64,000 bases of DNA from Gammaproteobacteria bacterium. Its GTDB lineage: Bacteria; Pseudomonadota; Gammaproteobacteria; WFUO01. The stretch spans positions 60,096-124,095 of the forward strand of contig WFUO01000035.1 of assembly GCA_015484945.1 (NCBI GenBank). Direction: 5' to 3'. A program made the translations under genes and the position numbers. Position 1 is the first letter of the stretch. Every line of letters starts with the position of its first letter. Under the pieces are notes generated by a model, which saw only the letters and a program-made list of their open reading frames with translations, was not told the DNA's origin and made no database searches. Below, in pieces: positions 53,825 to 64,000 of the stretch.

Positions 53825-54135
53825 AATCCACACAGCGCACACGGAGACTCGAAGGCATTCGAATATGCTGGCAAGGCCACCCCATGCCACCTCTCGCAAA
53901 ACCTGGCCGCGCACGGCCGTCTGTTTACCTCTGCGTTCTCCGCGTCTTGGCGTTCTTCGCGTTGATGACATGCCGTTGGCAGGTGACATGCCAGCGCTGC
54001 CCGGAACCTATGACCTGACCGATTCCGGGTAGATGATGGCTAGGCGCAGAACCGCGAGGAAAGCGCAGTTTACATACAGTAAATGAGCATTTCCGAGACG
54101 GTTCTGCAACACCGCCAGCGCTGCCCGGAATCGGT
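53825..54135. repeat. variant copy of the intergenic repeat family
   Basis: CACACAGCGCACACGGAGACTCG left end; internal GTTCTCCGCGTCTTGGCGTTCTTCGCGTTGATGACATGCCGTTGGCAGGTGACA parallels the 29881 and 23088 copies; internal direct repeat GCCAGCGCTGCCCGGAA x2. Confidence 0.45.
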
Positions 54136-56255
54136 CAGGGGCGGATCAGCCAGCAGTGATGTATAACCCCCCTGTGCCGTTCGAAATCCCTCGGAATGCT
54201 TTGCCGGGTGTAGTCCTTGATCGAAAACTGCTCGTGCAGCGAGGCGTCGAGACGAAAACGACGAAGGTTGCATGAGAATACCAGCAGGCCGTTGTCTGCG
54301 AGCAGGCGCATGGCATGGCGGATCAGTCGCGCGTGGTCGCGCTGGATGTCCAGCGTGCCTCGCATGTTGCTGGAGTTGGAGAATGATGGCGGATCGAGAA
54401 ACACCAGATCGAAACGCCGCTTGCCTTGCTCGTCGCGCAGCCATTGCATGGCATCGGCACGGATGAAACGATGGGCGCTGTCCTTGAAGCCGTTCAGGGC
54501 CATGTTGCGCCGCGCCCAGTCCAGATAGGTGCGCGAAAGGTCGATGGTGGTGGTCTCCACGGCACCACCGGCAGCGGCGTGCACGGTGGCGGCGCCGGTA
54601 TAGGCAAACAGATTGAGAAAACGCTTTCCCAAAGCATGTTCCTGCAGGTAGCGCCTGACCAGGCGATGATCCAGAAACAGGCCTGTGTCGAGATAGTCGG
54701 CCAGGTTGACGAGCAGGCGAACGCCATATTCGTTGATCTCGAAAAATTCACCGGTCTGCGCCTGACGCTGATATTGCCGGTTTCCCTTTTGAGACTGGCG
54801 CACCTTGAAGTACAGGTCGCCGGGATCTGTCTCCAGCGCTTCGGGCAGCTCGGCCAGCGCGGTCAACAGTCGGTGACGCGCCTGATCCGCATCTACGCTG
54901 CGCGGCGGCGCGTATTCCTGTACATGCACGCGCTTGCGGTCACTCTCGTAGATGTCGATGGCCAGCGCGTATTCGGGCAGGTCGGCATCATAGACCCTGT
55001 AGCAACTGATCCCTTCCCGTTCGCGCCAGCGGCGCAGGTTTCTGAGATTCTTGCGCAGCCGGTTGATGAACATATCGACCGGACGCTCCCGTCTCTGCGT
55101 GCCCGTTGCCTGTTCGTTGATATGGAAGTGCAGCAGTTCACAGGCAATGGCGCCGTTGATGACCTTGTGCTTGCGGTGGGCGCGCATCTCAAGCAGTTGT
55201 CCCATTTCGGGCACCGCTGTCAGCACGCTGGCGTTCCATCCTGGCAGGCAGCGTTTTATCCAGCGTCCCAGGTCACGGTACAGGGCTGGCAGCCGCGCAT
55301 ATTCGCCCAGGCGCTCGCCCCAGGGCGGGTTGACCACCATCAGACCCGGCCCCTTGCCGGATTCCGGACCACACTCGCCCAGCGCCTTTCGCTCGATATG
55401 CACGTGTCCGGACAGGCCCGCGCGAGCCACATTGTCCATGGCCAGGCGCACGGCGCGCGGATCACTGTCGTAGCCGCGAATCATCGGCAACCTGCGCAGT
55501 CCGGCCTCGCGCCTGGCGGTTGCCTCGTCCAGCAATGTCTGCCAGATCTGTTCCCGATGGCCGCGCCAGCCGTGGAAACCCCAGTATTCGCGTTGCAGGC
55601 CGGGGGCGATGTCGGCGGCCATCAACGCCGCTTCGATCGGCAATGTACCGGAGCCGCACATCGGATCGACAAAGACCGCGTGCGGCGTGTCCGTCTGCAT
55701 CCAGCCGGCACGCATCAATACGGCCGCGGCCAGGTTCTCCTTCATCGGCGCGTTGACGCCCGCCAGCCGGTAACCGCGCCGGTGCAGGCTCTCGCCGGAC
55801 AGGTCCAGCGCCACGCTGACCCGCCCCCGGTGCAACCAGACGCTGATGCGTACGTCCGGACGCGTGGTCGAGACATCGGGCCGTGTGCCGTTGCGTTCCC
55901 GGAAACCATCGACGATGGCATCCTTGATCCGGTGAACGGCATAGCGGCTGTGACCTACCGCCTTGCCGGACTGACGAAAATCAACCGCGAAGCTGGCCCC
56001 GCCACGCATATGCCACGACCAGTCGATATGCCGGATTCCGGCATGGATGGCTTCGAGATCCCGGGCATCGAACTGCGCGATCTGCAACAGTATCCGGTTG
56101 GCCACCCGCGACCACAGGCAGGCCCGGTAGATGCCGGTGATGTCACCGCTGAAGGCGACGCCTGAACGCCCCTCACGCACGTCGTCCAGATCCAATGCCG
56201 TCAGTTCCCGCGCCAGCAGTGACTCGAGACCGCGTGGCGCGGTGGCGAAACACAT
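54135..56255 (-). CDS. rlmL: bifunctional 23S rRNA (G2445-N2)/(G2069-N7) methyltransferase RlmKL
   Basis: ~705 aa; THUMP plus two SAM-MTase domains (DPMCGSGT...VVNPPWGER; NLFAYTGAATVHAA...FLDPP); start near 56255-56270 uncertain. Confidence 0.9.
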   Translation of the reverse strand: MCFATAPRGLESLLARELTALDLDDVREGRSGVAFSGDITGIYRACLWSRVANRILLQIAQFDARDLEAIHAGIRHIDWSWHMRGGASFAVDFRQSGKAVGHSRYAVHRIKDAIVDGFRERNGTRPDVSTTRPDVRISVWLHRGRVSVALDLSGESLHRRGYRLAGVNAPMKENLAAAVLMRAGWMQTDTPHAVFVDPMCGSGTLPIEAALMAADIAPGLQREYWGFHGWRGHREQIWQTLLDEATARREAGLRRLPMIRGYDSDPRAVRLAMDNVARAGLSGHVHIERKALGECGPESGKGPGLMVVNPPWGERLGEYARLPALYRDLGRWIKRCLPGWNASVLTAVPEMGQLLEMRAHRKHKVINGAIACELLHFHINEQATGTQRRERPVDMFINRLRKNLRNLRRWREREGISCYRVYDADLPEYALAIDIYESDRKRVHVQEYAPPRSVDADQARHRLLTALAELPEALETDPGDLYFKVRQSQKGNRQYQRQAQTGEFFEINEYGVRLLVNLADYLDTGLFLDHRLVRRYLQEHALGKRFLNLFAYTGAATVHAAAGGAVETTTIDLSRTYLDWARRNMALNGFKDSAHRFIRADAMQWLRDEQGKRRFDLVFLDPPSFSNSSNMRGTLDIQRDHARLIRHAMRLLADNGLLVFSCNLRRFRLDASLHEQFSIKDYTRQSIPRDFERHRGVIHHCWLIRP

Positions 56256-56320
56256 CAACAGATCGGCGTTGACATGCGGCCGATCCGGGTGTTCGCCACC
56301 GTGCTGTGACCGGACATTGC

Positions 56321-58465
56321 TCACTTGCACCTGCCTGGGCCACGGCGCCCGCGATTGGCCCTGTGATGCCGGCGCCCGCCGGGCTCGCCGGCATGACGGG
56401 TGGCAAACACGCCCTTGCGTGCATCCCGTGCCGGATGCTTGCCGGTACCGGCCGGCTGCCACGCCGGAATCAGATGCCGCTTGCCGTTACCGATCAGATC
56501 ACTGCGACCCATGCGCCGCAGGGCATCGCGCAACAACGGCCAGTTGTCGGGATCGTGATAACGCAGAAAGGCCTTGTGCAGGCGCCGTTGGCGCATGCCG
56601 CGGGCCGAGAACACCCGTTCACCATCGCGCCGCACGCGTCTGAGTGGATTGCGCCCGCTGTGGTACATGGCCGTAGCCAGCGCCATCGGCGAGGGCAGGA
56701 AGTTCTGCACCTGGTCGGCGCGAAAACCGTGCCGCTTGAGCCACACGGCCAGGTTCATCATGTCCTCGTCGGTGGTACCCGGATGTGCGGAAATGAAATA
56801 CGGAATCAGGTACTGCTCCTTGCCCGCCTGTTTCGAGAAACGGTCGAACATCTCCTTGAAGCGGTCATAGGTGCCGATCCCGGGCTTCATCATCTTCGAT
56901 AGCGGCCCCGTCTCAGTGTGTTCCGGCGCGATCTTCAGGTAACCACCGACATGATGGGTTACCAGTTCGCGCACATACTCCGGTGATTCCACCGCCAGAT
57001 CGTAACGCAAACCCGAAGCGATGAAGATCTTTTTGATGCCGTCGATCTTGCGCGCCTTGCGGTAGAGATCGATCAGGTGACGATGATTGGTATCCAGATT
57101 CTTGCAAATGCCGGGATACACGCATGACAGGCGCCGGCACACCGACTCGATCTCACGGCTCTTGCAGGCCAGCCGGTACATGTTGGCCGTGGGGCCACCG
57201 AGATCGGAGATATGCCCGGTAAAGCCTGGCACTGTATCGCGGATGATCTCGATCTCACGCAGGATGGATGCCTGCGACCGGCTCTGGATGATGCGCCCTT
57301 CGTGCTCGGTGATGGAACAGAAGGTACAACCGCCGAAACAGCCTCGCATGATGTTGACTGAAAAACGGATCATCTCCCAGGCAGGTATGCGGCGATCGCC
57401 ATAGGCGCTATGGGGGCGCCGCGTGTAAGGCAGCTCGTACACCCGGTCCAGCTCACGGGTCGTCAAGGGTATCGGCGGCGGATTCAGCCATACTTCGCGG
57501 TCGCCGTGACGCTGCACCAGTGCCCGCGCATTGCCCGGGTTGGTCTCGAGGTGCAGGATGCGCGAGGCGTGCGCATACAACACCGGATCGGCGCGCACGT
57601 CCTCGAAGGCGGGCAGGCGCACGGCGGTACGCTCACGGCGCGCGACCCGGTCGATGGTTACTGTCTGTTGCGTCCCCTGTGTCCGCGTAGCGCAGGCGGG
57701 CGCACGGGTGTCGAGGTAGGGATCGACCGGACTGTCCACCCTGCCCGGTGTATCCACACTGGTCGAATCGACGATCTCCCAGCCGCCCGGCAGTGACTTG
57801 CACACCCACGCGGTGCCACGGATATCCCTCAGTGCCGTAACCGGCTCGCCGGCCGCGAGACGATGGGCTATCTCGACGATCTGACGCTCGGCATTGCCGT
57901 ACACCAACAGGTCGGCGCGCGCATCCAGCAGCACCGAGCGCCGAACCTTGTCAGACCAGTAGTCGTAGTGGGCGATACGCCGCAGGCTGGCCTCGATGCC
58001 ACCGATGATCAGCGGCACGTCGCGCCATGCCTCGCGGCATCGCTGCGAATAGACGATCACCGAACGGTCCGGACGCGCGCCACCCTTGCCGTCCGGGGTA
58101 TAGGCATCGTCGGACCGGATCTTGCGGTCCGAGGTATAGCGGTTGACCATGGAATCCATGTTGCCGGCGGTAATGCCAAAGAACAGGTTGGGCCGGCCGA
58201 GTCGGCGGAAGTCGTCCACCGACCGCCAGTCGGGCTGGGCGATGATACCCACACGAAAACCCTGCGCCTCGAGCAGACGCCCGATCAGCGCCATGCCGAA
58301 ACTCGGATGATCGACATAGGCGTCACCGGTCACGAGAATGATGTCACAACTGTCCCAGCCCAGCGCCTCCATTTCGGCGCGGGTCATCGGCAGCTCGGGG
58401 CTGACACCAAAACGCCTGGCCCAGAATTTCCGGTAACTGAAGATATCGCGGGCTGTCTGCATCAT
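56321..58465 (-). CDS. ygiQ: YgiQ family radical SAM protein (UPF0313)
   Basis: 714 aa; radical-SAM CFGGCTFC; YgiQ N- and C-terminal extensions. Confidence 0.9.
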   Translation of the reverse strand: MMQTARDIFSYRKFWARRFGVSPELPMTRAEMEALGWDSCDIILVTGDAYVDHPSFGMALIGRLLEAQGFRVGIIAQPDWRSVDDFRRLGRPNLFFGITAGNMDSMVNRYTSDRKIRSDDAYTPDGKGGARPDRSVIVYSQRCREAWRDVPLIIGGIEASLRRIAHYDYWSDKVRRSVLLDARADLLVYGNAERQIVEIAHRLAAGEPVTALRDIRGTAWVCKSLPGGWEIVDSTSVDTPGRVDSPVDPYLDTRAPACATRTQGTQQTVTIDRVARRERTAVRLPAFEDVRADPVLYAHASRILHLETNPGNARALVQRHGDREVWLNPPPIPLTTRELDRVYELPYTRRPHSAYGDRRIPAWEMIRFSVNIMRGCFGGCTFCSITEHEGRIIQSRSQASILREIEIIRDTVPGFTGHISDLGGPTANMYRLACKSREIESVCRRLSCVYPGICKNLDTNHRHLIDLYRKARKIDGIKKIFIASGLRYDLAVESPEYVRELVTHHVGGYLKIAPEHTETGPLSKMMKPGIGTYDRFKEMFDRFSKQAGKEQYLIPYFISAHPGTTDEDMMNLAVWLKRHGFRADQVQNFLPSPMALATAMYHSGRNPLRRVRRDGERVFSARGMRQRRLHKAFLRYHDPDNWPLLRDALRRMGRSDLIGNGKRHLIPAWQPAGTGKHPARDARKGVFATRHAGEPGGRRHHRANRGRRGPGRCK

Positions 58466-58603
58466 GGAAAGGGGCCGGGAATGGTTCGGGACGCGGACAG
58501 CTGCGCCCGCATCCCGTCAGTATAACACCGAATACCGCCGCGATGCGCTCCGGCAGGCGGAAAAAGAGGTATCATACCGCTTCCCGGTATTTGGAAACAC
58601 CTC

Positions 58604-60508
<1,905 letters not shown>

Positions 60509-60925
60509 AACACGGCCCGCGAGATGGACAGGAAAGAACCTCATGCGCATAGCCGTCGCACCCGCCTGATCTTGCACATGGCCTTTCAGACTGTATCGAA
60601 TCGAATAAAGATCGAAACCCGGTTCGAGTGCCGGGTTGTCGGCCAACACCGCCTGCCCGGATGTCCGCGGGCGCGGCACAAGGACACGGGCCATTCAGCC
60701 GCCGGCCTGCCAAACCTGAGCCAGGTGAAGGCCGGTGAATCCGGACGGCCAGATCCGACGCAGGCGGATCAAGCGATCGTTGTGCAACCGCGCGTTATTT
60801 GTACTAGTTCAGACCAGATCTGACAAAGTTAAGAATAAAACCCGGCTCGAATGCCAGCCCGATACGGTATCAGGCCTGCAAGTTCTGAGACAGGTACTGT
60901 CAGACCAAGTCTGAACTACTACACG

Positions 60926-61135
60926 TTATTGCTGAACGGGGTTGACGGCTACCGCCTGCAACCCCTTCGGGCCACGCTCGACCTCGAAGCTGACCTGCTG
61001 ACCCTCGCTCAGGGTACGAAATCCCTCGGTATTGACCGCGGAATAGTGCACGAACACATCGTCCCCGCCCCCGGCGGGTGCGATGAAACCGTAACCCTTG
61101 GCGTTATTGAACCATTTGACTGTGCCGGTTTGCAT
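60926..61135 (-). CDS. cspA: cold-shock protein CspA family
   Basis: 69 aa [18 protein letters not shown]...[11 protein letters not shown]1/RNP2 motifs. Confidence 0.92.
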   Translation of the reverse strand: MQTGTVKWFNNAKGYGFIAPAGGGDDVFVHYSAVNTEGFRTLSEGQQVSFEVERGPKGLQAVAVNPVQQ

Positions 61136-61336
61136 GTTGCTGTGATCTCCCTGGTGGTCGTCGTTTCCCGTTGTCCTGCCTGGGAATACCGGACAAGTAT
61201 AGTCCAGCAGGCACAGGCTTCCAGCCTTTTACATGATTTTTGAAAGGTTATCGGGCTTGCGCGTGATCAGGTAAAACTGCCAGCGAGGAAAAAATACGGT
61301 ATCATGCCCGGGATCGCTGCGAGGTTGATAATCGGT

Positions 61337-61672
61337 ATGGAAATCAAGGACTACGAACACGTTTACGTCAAGAACTCACCGATCCACGGCAAGGGGCTGT
61401 ATGCCGCCGAACCCATCGAGGCCGGCAGCTTTATCGGCACCTACCATGGCGATGAAACCGACGAGGACGGCACCTATGTCCTGTGGCTGTTCGAGGACGG
61501 CAATCAGACCGGGCGCGACGGCAAGAACGAACTGCGCTATCTCAATCACAGCCACGAACCCAACGCCGAGTTCGACGGCTACGATCTCTACGCCCTGCGC
61601 GACATCGCCCCGGACGAGGAGATCACCATCTGCTACGACCCCGAAAACCCCACCGCCTGGGAAGACATGTAG
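61337..61672 (+). CDS. SET domain-containing protein (putative protein lysine methyltransferase)
   Basis: ~111 aa; NHSHEPN (SET NHSCxPN-like) and post-SET-like ITICYD; start at internal Met (track ORF from 61304). Confidence 0.7.
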   Translation: MEIKDYEHVYVKNSPIHGKGLYAAEPIEAGSFIGTYHGDETDEDGTYVLWLFEDGNQTGRDGKNELRYLNHSHEPNAEFDGYDLYALRDIAPDEEITICYDPENPTAWEDM

Positions 61673-61912
61673 GCGCAATCGGCAATATTCCTCAAGTATT
61701 CTGCGGGAGTGCCGTTTACCCACGTAGATCGCACCAGAATGGAAGCGGGCGAAGTGGAAACACGTTGCCAGGCAGCTACTAGCGTACAACACGACGCCGA
61801 TCACCCTGGCCGCCATCCCTACCCGCCCGTTACCTGCTGTTGCCCTGTCCATACCCGGTAAAACACCGGATGGGCAGAACGGTTGTCAACCACCTGAACC
61901 GGTTGGGGATAT

Positions 61913-63802
61913 ATGCGTCCATACCAGCGAATGCTTCTGGCCCTGTTGCTGACGGTACTTGCCGTACAGGCGGCGTTCGCGCGCGCCAGGACCGAACCGG
62001 TACCGGATATTCGCATCCTCATCGATGTTTCCGGCAGCATGAAACAAAACGACCCGAAACGCCTGCGCGGGCCCGCGCTGCGCCTGCTGGTCGGCCTGTT
62101 GCCCCGCAATGCCCGTTCGGGCGTGTGGACCTTCGGACAGTGGGTCAACATGCAGGTCAAGCTCGGACAGGTCACCGAACGCTGGAAGGCGCTGGCCCAG
62201 CGCGAATCCTACAAGATCCACTCACGCGGCCTGCGCACCAACATCGAAGAGGCCATCAAACGCGCCACTTTCGACTGGAAGCGCCCCGATCCACGTTACC
62301 GCCGCAGCCTGATCCTGCTCACTGACGGCATGGTGGACATATCAAGCGATCAGCGTCTCAACCAGGCCTCACGCCAGCGCATCCTGACCAGGCTGTTGCC
62401 GCGCCTGCGCCACGCAAAGGTCAGCATACACACCATCGCCCTGTCTCCCAACGCCGATCACAAACTGCTAAAGGCATTGTCGCGCTCGACCGGTGGCTGG
62501 TACGAATATGCGCGCTCGGCCGGGATGTTGCACAGGATCTTTCTGCGCATGTTCGAAAAATCCACCAACACACAGAGCGTGCCACTCAAGGGCAACCGTT
62601 TCGTCATTGACAAGTCGGTCACCGACATGACCCTGCTGGTGTTCACCGAAAAGGACAGCCGGCCGGTGGTGGTGCATACCCCCGACGGAAAACGCTGGCG
62701 CATGAAACACCGCCCGGCCCGGGTCAAGTGGTTCCAGGAAAAGGGTTATACACTGATCACCGTACCACGTCCCCCGCCCGGCAAATGGTTCATCGAAGCG
62801 CCGGTCAGTCGCGACAACCGCGTCATGGTGGTAACAAACCTGCGCCTGCATGTCAGCAAACTGCCCAACTTCATGCTCAGAGGCGAAAAACTGGTGTTAC
62901 GCAGCCATTTGCTCAAAAAGGGCAAACCGATCCGTGACAAACGCTTCCTTGGTCTTGCGCGTTTCCTGCTCGACGTTCAAATGGACGAGGACAGCCGCCA
63001 GTCGTTCCCGATCCATGATGACGGCAAGGCACCGGATGCGAAGGCCGGCGACGGCATCTACACCATTGCCCAGCCACTCAATGAAACAGGCCGCTATCAG
63101 CTCACGATCATTGCGCGCGGGCCAACCTTCCAGCGCCAGAAGATCCATCATGTCCAGGTCTATGGCAGCCCGGTCGTCACCAACGTATCCCAGGATGAGA
63201 CGGGCAAACCGGTAAGCATCGACATCCATGCCAAGGAAGGCGTCATGGTACCAAAGTACACACTCATCAGTATTCGTATCGACACCGGTGAAAAACCCTT
63301 CGTCAAGGCAACCAATGGCAACCGGCTCAAGACCCAGGCCCCGGCCAGCCTGGCCGGTCACACGATGACGGTCATCGTGCATGGCAAACGCTTCAGTGGC
63401 GAAACCATCAAATGGAAACGCCGCATCAAATTGCCGGGCACGCCGCCAGCCGCGGCACCTGCCGGGAAACCGCACAAGCCGGCGAAAAAGGCGGAAAAGA
63501 CCGTTCATGAAAAGCCGCGCACGAAAGCGCATGCCAAACCGGACGAGCACGCAAAATCAGACAAGCACGCCGCAAAAGACGGGCATGCCAAAAACAGCAA
63601 AAAAACCGCTCACGGAAAACCACACAAGGAGAAAAAGAAGAAAAAGAAAAAACGTAAAAAGAAGCGCAACTGGCTCAAGATCATATTGATGATCGTACTC
63701 ATCAATGGCCTGTTGATCGGCGCGGCCGTGGGTGGATGGATCTGGTGGAAGAAACGTTCGGCAAGGAGTGCGATAGACGAAATGGACAAAGACGATGAAT
63801 GA
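61913..63802 (+). CDS. membrane-anchored von Willebrand factor A domain protein with His/Lys-rich tail
   Basis: 629 aa; signal peptide; MIDAS DVSGSM; long beta-rich region; HxK-rich low-complexity segment ending KKKKKKKRKKKR; C-terminal TM (ILMIVLINGLLIGAAVGGWIWW). Confidence 0.8.
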   Translation: MRPYQRMLLALLLTVLAVQAAFARARTEPVPDIRILIDVSGSMKQNDPKRLRGPALRLLVGLLPRNARSGVWTFGQWVNMQVKLGQVTERWKALAQRESYKIHSRGLRTNIEEAIKRATFDWKRPDPRYRRSLILLTDGMVDISSDQRLNQASRQRILTRLLPRLRHAKVSIHTIALSPNADHKLLKALSRSTGGWYEYARSAGMLHRIFLRMFEKSTNTQSVPLKGNRFVIDKSVTDMTLLVFTEKDSRPVVVHTPDGKRWRMKHRPARVKWFQEKGYTLITVPRPPPGKWFIEAPVSRDNRVMVVTNLRLHVSKLPNFMLRGEKLVLRSHLLKKGKPIRDKRFLGLARFLLDVQMDEDSRQSFPIHDDGKAPDAKAGDGIYTIAQPLNETGRYQLTIIARGPTFQRQKIHHVQVYGSPVVTNVSQDETGKPVSIDIHAKEGVMVPKYTLISIRIDTGEKPFVKATNGNRLKTQAPASLAGHTMTVIVHGKRFSGETIKWKRRIKLPGTPPAAAPAGKPHKPAKKAEKTVHEKPRTKAHAKPDEHAKSDKHAAKDGHAKNSKKTAHGKPHKEKKKKKKKRKKKRNWLKIILMIVLINGLLIGAAVGGWIWWKKRSARSAIDEMDKDDE

Positions 63803-64000
63803 TGACTTCTCCACAACCATGTTGTTCATCACTTCCGAGATCGCGCTCGCGCTTGGCATCATCGTCGCGATCATCAGCATCCTGACACTCAAGCGCCGAA
63901 AGAAAAAGGAAGGCGTCGCACGCGACCTGGTTCGCAACTACAAGGCCGGTGAGGAACAGAAACGCGAGACCCTCAGACTTCTTCTCAAGGAAGTCTTCCA
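63795..64000 (+). CDS. hypothetical membrane protein (5' part, runs off window)
   Basis: ATG at 63795 overlaps VWA stop by 8 nt; TM helix then KR-rich segment; truncated by window end. Confidence 0.4.
   Translation, partial: MNDDFSTTMLFITSEIALALGIIVAIISILTLKRRKKKEGVARDLVRNYKAGEEQKRETLRLLLKEVF

Overview
The window is a 64 kb stretch of chromosome at about 62 % GC, most consistent with a gammaproteobacterium. Gene order and content are typical of that group: divergent mrp(apbC)/metG, rsxABCDGE followed by nth, rnt with grxD, and rlmKL next to uup. The first 13 kb is core housekeeping: purM, purN, dcd, apbC, metG, the complete rnf/rsx operon and nth.

The most interesting content sits directly after nth, at 13.25-16.25 kb. 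It is a four-gene cluster that looks like a biosynthetic operon for a ribosomally made, Cys-modified periplasmic metallophore. The components are a signal-peptide precursor carrying eight EGKCG motifs encoded by an 81-nt tandem DNA repeat, a DUF692 (MbnB-like multinuclear non-heme iron) enzyme, a DUF2063 partner and a DoxX membrane protein. This resembles the bufferin/HvfA class.

The rest of the window is mostly housekeeping and signalling: glyoxalase I, a large sensor GGDEF-EAL protein, argG, motY, a pdhA-pdhB-(E2-E3 fusion) 2-oxoacid dehydrogenase operon, pyrC, rnt, grxD, asnB, a lone hyuB, argD-argF, a KefB-type antiporter, nadC, a TauE/SafE exporter next to Cys-type selD, a CHASE2 Ser/Thr kinase facing an FHA protein and an 820-aa twin-PilZ protein, a DUF2384 antitoxin lacking its RES toxin, rlmKL, ygiQ, uup, cspA, a SET-domain protein and a membrane-anchored VWA protein with a His/Lys-rich tail.

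A family of MITE-like intergenic repeats with CACGGAG-type inverted ends occurs at least five times. No rRNA, tRNA or CRISPR was found. Many long antisense ORFs in the six-frame track are high-GC artefacts.
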